DNA of 60,087 bases, the filler included. It is 4 parts of 4 records of this genome, joined end to end, with 100 filler letters (N's around TTAATTAATTAA, not from the genome) between each part and the next. Parts side by side here need not be neighbours in the genome. Positions count along the whole stretch, not along the records: positions 35,017 to 48,641 come from SRR31156797_713; positions 48,742 to 60,087 come from SRR31156797_733; 2 more parts are not named here. One strand, 5' to 3'. Below, in pieces: positions 47,244 through 55,149 of this stretch. The position numbers were made by a program, and so were the translations under genes. Numbering within the stretch: position 1 is the stretch's first letter; every line of letters begins with the position of its first letter. The notes beneath the pieces were generated by a model, which was not told the DNA's origin, did not search any database, and saw nothing but the letters and a program-made list of their open reading frames with translations.

Positions 47244-48553
47244 TCCTTTTTTTTGTTCGAGCTTTGCCATTCTTCAAAAGTAGGGATCTTGGCCCGTCTT
47301 AAAATTTCTTTTTCAACTGCATGTTGTGCAAGGAGTTCAACCGCTGATTTTATCGTTTTTGGTCTTTCCTTTTTTATCCTCTCTTTTGTTTCACGCTCAA
47401 GGGCCTCAATTTCGCCCGTAGGGGCGTTTTTTTTGTATTCTTCGATACTGGAATCCTTATATGATCTGTAAGCCTCTTTTTGGGCCTCTTGTTGTCGTTC
47501 TTCTTTCTCTTTTTGCTTTTGTTTTTTTTCTTCCTTTTTCGCTTTTTCTTTTTTCTCATCAGCAAATAGGTTTAAATTATCTTGAAAATTGTCTGTTACT
47601 GCTTTTATTGTAAAAGCCCCAATATTTTTTATCATTCCTTTTTCCGCTTGATCTTTAACATATTCAAGATTTTTTAAAATCCGTTCTTCGTTGTATTTTT
47701 TCATAATATCCCGTGCTTGTTTTTCTGAAAGCCGAAAACGATTAATAAGACGTTTTTCCAAAGAAGAATAAACGCTTTTTTCGGGTTCTTTTAATTGCAC
47801 TTCAAGTGGTGTAGGTGTATTTCTAAAAAAGAAAAATTCAATTCCTAAAACTTTACCGCTTTTCCCTTTTTTTTCTTTGAATGTAAATTTTAAATTACTT
47901 AACAACTCCATTTCTTTTTGAGCTGGTATAATTATTCTGAGTTTTAGATGGCTATATTTTTTGTATTTCTCTGTTCCAATCCTTAACATTTCCCTAATTT
48001 TTTCTATTGTATAATATATATGTCCCATTGTTATATTTTTTCTTGCAAAATCATAAAATCTAAAAGTGATTTTGTTTTGAAAAAAAAAGGCACTTCCGAG
48101 TCTATAAGCTGTCCATTCACCCCGTTTTTCTGCCTTTTTATTTGCTATTGTATTAATATGTAATAAATACGGTTTTAACTTTGGGTCAAAACATAACTCT
48201 ATTTGACCCGAACCGTAAATATATTCTGTTGACGAAAGCCAATTAATTCTTTTAAATCTTTTATCTGTTTTAACATACAGTTTTTTTGATTGTAATTTAT
48301 CAATAACTTTGTCTAGCCTTTCGTAACTATTTTTACTTTTAAGACCTAATATTTTTGAAAATTCTTTAATTTTAAGGCGGTATGTATTAAACGCTTTGTC
48401 TTCTTTTCTAACCATTGAGGCCAAAATTAATACTATGCGTTGTTCTACAACTGATAGATCATAAGACGACTCAACTAATTTATTGCCTTTAACTACTAAC
48501 CTATCCATGTCTATCTGTCTTTCAATCACTGTGTTTATACTCCTTTTACTCAT
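47240..48553 (-). CDS. Rep_3-family plasmid replication initiator
   Basis: VVKGNKLVESSYDLSVVEQRIV, INWLSS, CFDPKLKPYL, FRFYD, IREMLRI...YSHLKLRIIIPA. Confidence 0.88.
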   Translation of the reverse strand: MSKRSINTVIERQIDMDRLVVKGNKLVESSYDLSVVEQRIVLILASMVRKEDKAFNTYRLKIKEFSKILGLKSKNSYERLDKVIDKLQSKKLYVKTDKRFKRINWLSSTEYIYGSGQIELCFDPKLKPYLLHINTIANKKAEKRGEWTAYRLGSAFFFQNKITFRFYDFARKNITMGHIYYTIEKIREMLRIGTEKYKKYSHLKLRIIIPAQKEMELLSNLKFTFKEKKGKSGKVLGIEFFFFRNTPTPLEVQLKEPEKSVYSSLEKRLINRFRLSEKQARDIMKKYNEERILKNLEYVKDQAEKGMIKNIGAFTIKAVTDNFQDNLNLFADEKKEKAKKEEKKQKQKEKEERQQEAQKEAYRSYKDSSIEEYKKNAPTGEIEALERETKERIKKERPKTIKSAVELLAQHAVEKEILRRAKIPTFEEWQSSNKKKD

Positions 48554-48581
48554 AAAACGTCTTTTAATTATTTACAAGTCC

Positions 48582-48641
48582 ACACTATCAGAAGCCACAT
48601 AAAATGTCAAATTTTTGTGGCACCACACCCCCTTTTTGTGG
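48582..48641 (-). promoter_or_regulatory. rep promoter overlapped by an inverted repeat and iteron
   Basis: Minus strand TTGACA (48605-48610)-17-TAGTGT (48582-48587); GCCACA (48594-48599)/TGTGGC (48616-48621) flank the -35. Confidence 0.65.
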
Positions 48642-48741
48642 NNNNNNNNNNNNNNNNNNNNNNNNNNNNNNNNNNNNNNNNNNNNTTAATTAATTAANNN
48701 NNNNNNNNNNNNNNNNNNNNNNNNNNNNNNNNNNNNNNNNN
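48642..48741. other. Artificial contig linker
   Basis: N-run + TTAATTAATTAA + N-run. Confidence 0.98.
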
Positions 48742-48834
48742 GTGAAAACACTTGGGAAATGGATCCCCGGAGAAAGGGGAGGAATGAAAGTCTGCGTTTC
48801 CTATACTGTACCGATTAATTTTGCGATTCGTTAA
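48742..48834 (+). CDS. TonB C-terminal domain fragment (contig edge)
   Basis: VKTLGKWIPGERGGMKVCVSYTVPINFAIR*. Confidence 0.65.
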   Translation: MKTLGKWIPGERGGMKVCVSYTVPINFAIR

Positions 48835-48966
48835 GAATCGTTTCTCTTTTATAACTGAAAAATATTGGTTGACAGGCAGTGCAATCCAATTAAATTTTGT
48901 TTTAAAAGCAAGCTCCTTTAGCCCTGATCTTGTGGATGCTGTAGAAAATTGGGCTAACTTCGCGCC

Positions 48967-49764
48967 ATGTTAAAATCATTATTCGATCTATCAGGAAAAG
49001 TGGCTTTGGTAACCGGTGGTGGCCATGGAATTGGAATGGCTATGGGAAAAGTGCTGGCAGCGGCAGGTGCCAAACTTTGTATAAATGGAACATCGGTTGA
49101 ACGACTGAAAAAGGCTCAAAAGGAGTTTGCTGAAGCCGGTATCGAGGTATTTACTGTGGCATTCGATGTGTCGAAAGAAGAGGATGTTAACCAGGGAATT
49201 TCAATCATTGAGAGAGAAGTAGGGGCAGTTGATATTCTAGTAAATAATGCCGGAATTATTAAACGAGAGCCTATACTTGATATTTCAGTTGCTGAATTTA
49301 AGCAAGTTATTGATATTGACTTGGTTGGGCCGCTGATCGTTTCAAAACGTGTTGTTCCGGGAATGATCGAAAAACAAGCCGGCAAGATCATTAATATTTG
49401 TTCGCTAATGAGTATTTATGGACGCTATTCGGTGTCGGCCTATGCTTCTGCTAAAGGAGGATTAAAATTACTTACTCAGAATATGACCTGCGAATGGGCT
49501 AAACACAACATTCAGATCAATGGAATTGCACCTGGATATATTGCTACGACACAAACTGCCCCAATTCGCGAAGGGAAACATCCTTTTAACGACCTGGTAA
49601 TGACCCGAACTCCTGCTGCACGATGGGGAGAACCAAAAGATATTGGTCATGCTGCACTATTCCTTTCATCTAAAGCCAGTAATTTTGTAAACGGCCACAT
49701 GTTGGTTGTGGATGGAGGAATTACAGCTAATTTTGGCTATGTAAAGGGTGAAAATATTTCTTAA
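48967..49764 (+). CDS. Gluconate 5-dehydrogenase-like SDR
   Basis: TGGGHGIG, NNAG, YASAK, NGIAPGY. Confidence 0.88.
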   Translation: MLKSLFDLSGKVALVTGGGHGIGMAMGKVLAAAGAKLCINGTSVERLKKAQKEFAEAGIEVFTVAFDVSKEEDVNQGISIIEREVGAVDILVNNAGIIKREPILDISVAEFKQVIDIDLVGPLIVSKRVVPGMIEKQAGKIINICSLMSIYGRYSVSAYASAKGGLKLLTQNMTCEWAKHNIQINGIAPGYIATTQTAPIREGKHPFNDLVMTRTPAARWGEPKDIGHAALFLSSKASNFVNGHMLVVDGGITANFGYVKGENIS

Positions 49765-49870
49765 TTAATGCTATAGAATCACATCGCTTTTTATTGTAAC
49801 TGAAAATATTCGGTAAATGTTATTGTGCTGATTGTTTTTTACACTCTTAATTGTACAGAAACCTGGAAAG

Positions 49871-50059
49871 TCAGATCGTAAGTTTCAATTCCTCAATACA
49901 ATCAGGACAAAGACAGCCATCAAAACATGCCATGATGTAATCGCGTACTTTTTCGGGTATTTCTACCTGTACACACCAGCAATGGTAAGTACCGGTGCAG
50001 GTGTGTAATTTGCCACATTTAGCACAGGCATGCGGTTCGTATTTAGGATTCAAATCCAT
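49871..50059 (-). CDS. Cysteine-rich CWC-family protein
   Basis: CAKCG...C...CWC...CLCPDC. Confidence 0.75.
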   Translation of the reverse strand: MDLNPKYEPHACAKCGKLHTCTGTYHCWCVQVEIPEKVRDYIMACFDGCLCPDCIEELKLTI

Positions 50060-50150
50060 ACAGTTGGGTATTCAAACAGTTTGTTCCGTATTAATGTTTA
50101 TTTCTTGTAAGAAAGCATCTTTCAATTCAAATAGATTATCTTATTTGTTG

Positions 50151-50173
50151 ATAACCTGAGTTCGACTTAAAAT
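50151..50173 (+). repeat. Isolated AACCTGAGTTCGAC IS-end-like motif
   Basis: Matches the reverse complement of 6-28. Confidence 0.4.
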
Positions 50174-50219
50174 CTGGTTTCAGTTCCAAACATTTTTTTC
50201 GTTGAAAAACAGATTGATT

Positions 50220-50729
50220 TTAAGCCGTTTTAAATCGATAGCTAATGTCTTTCATATCTCCGTCTTGTTGGATCATAAATAAATGTTGGTTTGTTGTTTC
50301 GCTTTTTAAATCGCCTAACTCTTTCACATAGCTACCCAATTTAATATACTGAAAATGTTTATTGTTAAATCCTTCGGGTAATTGCGAACAGCCGGAGTAC
50401 CAGGCAACTTTTATAGCCGGGTAACAAAGGCGTAAATGGTTAGCCAGTTCTGCCACACGTTGTGGATCTCCATCGCCACCCATAAAACAAAAACAAGTAA
50501 TAGCAGAGGCATATTCGGCCATTAACAAATCAATGCATTCTTCGTTTAATTCTTCTCCAATGTCTTTTTGTAAATGTGGGCTGTGGCAACCTTTGCAACG
50601 GTTGGGGCAATTGCTTAAATTAATTGCCAGAGTAACTTCATCCGGTATTTCCTGAAAAACGATATCGTAGTTATAATATTTAAGCATATTCTTCCACTTT
50701 TTCATTTTCCTGAGTTCCATTATCTGCAT
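50220..50729 (-). CDS. nrdG: Anaerobic ribonucleotide reductase activating protein (true start probably MLKY...)
   Basis: CPNRCKGCHS radical-SAM motif, MGGD, TTNQ; downstream of nrdD. Confidence 0.9.
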   Translation of the reverse strand: MQIMELRKMKKWKNMLKYYNYDIVFQEIPDEVTLAINLSNCPNRCKGCHSPHLQKDIGEELNEECIDLLMAEYASAITCFCFMGGDGDPQRVAELANHLRLCYPAIKVAWYSGCSQLPEGFNNKHFQYIKLGSYVKELGDLKSETTNQHLFMIQQDGDMKDISYRFKTA

Positions 50730-52806
50730 AGTATCTTTTCGCCGCTTCTTTTTGGCGGGCAGCAGAAAAGCTGCTGACTCTTTTCATATAACCGATTACG
50801 CGTGTCAGGTAATCGGTATTTTTGCTTTTGCATTCCGGGCATTCTTTTAAATAACGTTTGTCGATGTGTCCGCAATCGTTACAAATGGTATTCGGAATAT
50901 TAAAGGTGAAATAATTACAACCTTCTTTAGCCGCAACTCTCAGCAAGTGACGGTATTGGGCTTTACTCAGGTGTTCTTCCAGGTTCATGTGCAAGGCTGA
51001 TCCACCGGTTAAATGTTCGATGTATTTTTTTCCATGCACACGAAATTTATCAACCACATTTAACGATTCATCTTCAACCGCATAGAAATAACTGTTGTAG
51101 CAATCGCGTGGAACAAAATAGCCATCTTCTTTATCCCATTTGGCATGTTTTACCCCTACATTTTCAGCGGGGATCATTTCGCAATTGAACAAAGTATCTT
51201 GGGAACGGTACTTTTTATTGTAAGACTCGATGAGGCGAAGTATTTCTTGCGTAAAGGCCATGTATTCCGGATTGTCGTTTATCTCCATTCCCAAAAACTC
51301 AGCAGCCTCAACCAGTCCGTTTACCCCAATGGTAAGGTACTGACGGCCAATATTAATATAGCCGGCATCGAATAAAGGAAGCATTCCTTTTTGCTGTAGT
51401 TCTTTAAGGTTTTCGTTGTATCCGAGTTGCACTTTATGTACAAGGTCAACAACATCATTCAAAAAGGTGATGTATGGTATTTTTTCTTTTTGTGCTTGCT
51501 GAATACAACGATTCAGGTTAATGGTTAAAACGCTTTTAGAGCCGGTTGAAACCCCTCCTGCTCCCAGGGTGTAACTAAATCCATTATCCAGAATTTCGTT
51601 GCGTAAACGGCAACACGAACTCAAACTATCGGCATTGTCGCTTAAGTAGGTAAAAAACGAATGTCCTTCAGCATACATTTTGGCTGTAAATTCACCATAT
51701 TCCTTGTCTTTTACATCATCTTCCTCGGTAAGTAAAGCCATTGTTTCAACCGGGAAGGTTAACACGGTTTTTGTGCGTTCTTTGTTAAACCAGGTCATAA
51801 ATCGTTTTTGCAACCAGCTTAGCGATTTCCATTCGGGCTTTGTTCCGTCGGGGAAAACAAACTCACCAAACAAGCTCTCGAAGTAATATTGATCGTAGTA
51901 AGAAATATTCCAGAAAACGGCCTGAAAATTTCGGGCTCCGGTTGGTTGGTTTAGCGAGTAAACAATTTGCTCGAAACAGTCGGTAATTATTTTATCAATC
52001 GAACGATTTCTTGTGGATAAGTCAGCCGTTTCTTCGGAGCGTAGGTAGTAATCATTTCCGTATTCTTTGCTGATAAAATAATTCATATACATCAGAAACT
52101 CAGGAGTAGCACAAGCTCCGCTCAACATGCTCGAAACAATAAAAACCATATTGATAAAACCTCCGCAAAACGACTTAAGGTTGGTTGGAGCAGTAGAGTT
52201 TCCGCCAATTTTTGACGTTCCATCCAACAACCACGGGTACATGGTTATGCTGGCACAATATGGGGCAAGACTGGTTTCATCATTTTTATAAATAAAGTGG
52301 TGGTTCAAATAGCTCAGGTATTTATCCGATAGTTCTTTTCCGAAAATATCCGATAGCCTATCGGTTAATAAACGACGGTTTAAACGAATAAAATTACCTT
52401 TTGGAAGTTCACCAATTAGTGTAGCAATGTTCTTTTTATCAACGTTTGCATTGGCATCGAATTTGCTTCCTGATGCGGCATTTCCGGCAGCACAATAATC
52501 GATTAAAAATTTTATCCGATCAATTGTTTCCCGGTCTTCCGAGTGTTTTTGGCGGTAGAGCATGTATGATTTTGCCACTGAAAAATAATTTTCAGCCATA
52601 AGCGACCGTTCAACCTGGTTTTGAATATCTTCCACGCTCATCTCATTCCGGATATTTACGCGGTGTAAAATATTTGTAAGGTCTTCATCGCTGGCAAAAC
52701 TTCCTACCGAAAGAAATGCTTTTCTTATTGCATTTTTGATTTTATCAATGGAGAAAGGAGCATTTTTACCGTCTCTTTTTACTATTGATATTTTGGCGCT
52801 ACTCAT
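50680..52806 (-). CDS. nrdD: Class III ribonucleoside-triphosphate reductase
   Basis: ATP cone (IVKRDG), SSCCRL, PAE, CNDC...CPEC, TRVIGY glycyl-radical loop. Confidence 0.93.
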   Translation of the reverse strand: MSSAKISIVKRDGKNAPFSIDKIKNAIRKAFLSVGSFASDEDLTNILHRVNIRNEMSVEDIQNQVERSLMAENYFSVAKSYMLYRQKHSEDRETIDRIKFLIDYCAAGNAASGSKFDANANVDKKNIATLIGELPKGNFIRLNRRLLTDRLSDIFGKELSDKYLSYLNHHFIYKNDETSLAPYCASITMYPWLLDGTSKIGGNSTAPTNLKSFCGGFINMVFIVSSMLSGACATPEFLMYMNYFISKEYGNDYYLRSEETADLSTRNRSIDKIITDCFEQIVYSLNQPTGARNFQAVFWNISYYDQYYFESLFGEFVFPDGTKPEWKSLSWLQKRFMTWFNKERTKTVLTFPVETMALLTEEDDVKDKEYGEFTAKMYAEGHSFFTYLSDNADSLSSCCRLRNEILDNGFSYTLGAGGVSTGSKSVLTINLNRCIQQAQKEKIPYITFLNDVVDLVHKVQLGYNENLKELQQKGMLPLFDAGYINIGRQYLTIGVNGLVEAAEFLGMEINDNPEYMAFTQEILRLIESYNKKYRSQDTLFNCEMIPAENVGVKHAKWDKEDGYFVPRDCYNSYFYAVEDESLNVVDKFRVHGKKYIEHLTGGSALHMNLEEHLSKAQYRHLLRVAAKEGCNYFTFNIPNTICNDCGHIDKRYLKECPECKSKNTDYLTRVIGYMKRVSSFSAARQKEAAKRYYADNGTQENEKVEEYA

Positions 52807-52974
52807 AACTTCTTATTTATTTAAATTTCTTATATGCAATTAAAAACAGACAAAGGATTTTAATCCCTATGGAAGTAAAGAGGTACGCCATCCACCGATT
52901 TTAAATAATAAAACAGAAGAATCATTTGTTAGCGTAAACCAGACTTCAACTCCCGAAAGTCTAATTAAAAAAAT

Positions 52975-53148
52975 GATCTTGGCAGGTCTTCTGGCTTGTC
53001 CGTTTCTGAAAGCCTTCCCATCCCGACTTGTCGGGTCAGTGGCAGTTGGGTATCAGAAATATAAAGGACTTACAGCTGCGGGTACAGCTCCTGATTTTAA
53101 CAGGATTCCCTTTTCGCACAGGTGGTGTTACTACCTGATAAACCAATA
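52975..53148 (-). promoter_or_regulatory. Cobalamin riboswitch
   Basis: Minus strand GGT...AAAAGGGAATCCTGTTAAAATCAGGAGCTGTACCCGCAGCTGTAA...GCCACTG...GGGAAGG...AAGCCAGAAGACCTGCC upstream of nrdD. Confidence 0.93.
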
Positions 53149-53321
53149 ATCACTAACAAGTTTACTACTTTTAATTTGATGAAGTAAAACTGAGTTTTAA
53201 ACAAACCAGGGGTTGAACGAAGTTAAAAGCTTTTGTTTCGGCACTTTTACAGTGTTAATAATTAGGAAACATTAAGTTTACTTTTGTGGATTTGAATTTT
53301 TGATAAGGATTGGTTGTACTA

Positions 53322-53690
53322 CTATATGGCTAGAATAATATCAGTAAGACTATCATCATGTTGTAATTCCATCTTTTTTCGCAATCGGTACCGATGGTTT
53401 TCAACACCCCGTACAGAAATACCTAACAATGGGGCAATTTCTTTCGACGATAAATTCATGCGTAGGTATGCACACAAGCGTAAATCACTACTGGTTAATG
53501 CAGGGAAAGCTTCTTTCATTTTCTGGAAGAATTGTTCATGAGCCCGTTCGAAGTTGGTTTCAAATACTTGCCAATCATCTTGGTTCGAGATATTTTCATC
53601 TATTTTTTTATTAAGATGATTATAGTATTTATCCGGATACCTCGATCCTAATTCTGTTTTTTGTTTATCAATATTTTTTTTAAGGTCAAG
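53322..53690 (-). pseudogene. C-terminal remnant of a LuxR-HTH regulator
   Basis: Frame DLKKNIDKQKTELGSRYPDKYY...DWQVFETNF...LSSKEIAPLLGISVRGVENHRYRLRKK has no proper start. Confidence 0.7.
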
Positions 53691-53699
53691 AAAGATAAT

Positions 53700-54035
53700 G
53701 AAAGTTTGTTGCCTTTATTAAAAGGGGATACAATCAATTGGACAAGAGACGTTGTTTACTACCACTATTACGAATATCCCGGATTTCATATGGTAAAACG
53801 ACACTATGGGATTGTGACCAAAGATTATAAACTCGTTCATTTTTATCATGATATTGATGAATGGGAATTATATGATCGCAAGAAGGATATGTTTGAACTA
53901 CATAACGTTTACAATAATCAGTCTTATGCCGAATTGGTACCAATCCTGCATCAACAACTTGAAGACCTTCGTGAAAAATATGGTGATTCAAAAGAAAAAG
54001 ACCAGAAGTTTATTGAATTGTACAAAAAGAAATAA
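53700..54035 (+). pseudogene. C-terminal remnant of a sulfatase
   Basis: ESLLPLLKG...YYHYYEYPG.H.VKRHYG...YKLVHFY...WELYD; catalytic N-terminal part absent. Confidence 0.75.
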
Positions 54036-54205
54036 GAGCCTGAGAAAGTTCTGAAATCAAAGTCGTTTAAAGAATATTTTCTTAATGGATTGCCAATTTT
54101 GCGAAATAGCATCTTACGAATATTTGGTATGTACTCCGTTTTCTGGTTCTTGCTTGTTTTTCAATAATTTTGTGCAATTTTAATCCTGAACTATAAAAAT
54201 TTAGC

Positions 54206-55129
54206 GTGAATCAGCCTAACGAAAAACAGGAACCCCAAACCGGAAAGAAGGATCGTTTTTTTGGAGACCGGAGTTTTGTATTGTCGAAAAAACAGCTGGA
54301 GCAGGTAAAAAATAACCCGCTGATCTCGGATTTTTACATAACCGATCTTGGTTTTTATCCACGTGCTAATCATCACCTACGAAAGCGTAAAACCGGAATC
54401 GGCGAAAACATTTTAATTTATTGTATTGATGGAAATGGATTTGTAAAGATTCAAGACATCGTTTATCCGGTTCAGGCAGATTCTTACATTATTATTCCGG
54501 CAAAAACGGCTCATGCCTATTGGGCCTCTGAAAGCAATCCCTGGTCGATTTACTGGGTACATTTTACAGGAGACAAATGCCAGGCTTTCACGGGGTTTTT
54601 CAATCAGGTTTGCCCGATTAGTCGAACATCGAATGCGCGAATTGATGACCGAATAAATCAGTTTAACGAGTTACTTACAGCACTGGAACTGGGCTTTACA
54701 AAGGATAATATTGAATACGTCAATTTATGTTTTCAAGCGGTTTTGGCTTCATTTTTTTACGTCAATACCTTTCGGTCGGTTAAGGGAATCCGAAGCAACG
54801 ATCCGGTTGAGCAAACTATATTTTTCATGCGTAAAAACCTGGGTAAGCAGTTGAAGATAAAAGATTTTGCGCAACATGTTTCTATCTCGGAATCGCATTT
54901 GTCGCGTTTGTTTAAGTCGCGTACCGGAACTTCACCTGTCGATTATTTCATCGGTTTAAAAATGCAGGAAGCCATTCGTTTGTTAAGCAATAAATCACTA
55001 CGGATAAAAGAGGTGGCCTTTGAATTAGGGTACAGCGACCCGTATTATTTTTCGCGTATTTTCTCCAAACAAATGGGATCGAGCCCTGCATCATTTTTAA
55101 AAACCAGCCAAAGGATGAGGGAGTATTAA
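54206..55129 (+). CDS. AraC-family regulator
   Basis: Cupin sensing domain (PWSIYWVHF); GYSDPYYFSRIF HTH. Confidence 0.92.
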   Translation: MNQPNEKQEPQTGKKDRFFGDRSFVLSKKQLEQVKNNPLISDFYITDLGFYPRANHHLRKRKTGIGENILIYCIDGNGFVKIQDIVYPVQADSYIIIPAKTAHAYWASESNPWSIYWVHFTGDKCQAFTGFFNQVCPISRTSNARIDDRINQFNELLTALELGFTKDNIEYVNLCFQAVLASFFYVNTFRSVKGIRSNDPVEQTIFFMRKNLGKQLKIKDFAQHVSISESHLSRLFKSRTGTSPVDYFIGLKMQEAIRLLSNKSLRIKEVAFELGYSDPYYFSRIFSKQMGSSPASFLKTSQRMREY

Positions 55130-55149
55130 CTATTTTCCGTATTGAATCT

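Larger units (their letters stand above)
35017..48641. mobile_element. Small (~13.6 kb) circular plasmid-like element
   Basis: Identical 27-mer TTGTGGCACCACACCCCCTTTTTGTGG at both contig ends (35017-35043, 48615-48641); Rep_3, relaxase-like, VirD4-like, primase and recombinase genes; no housekeeping genes. Confidence 0.85.
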
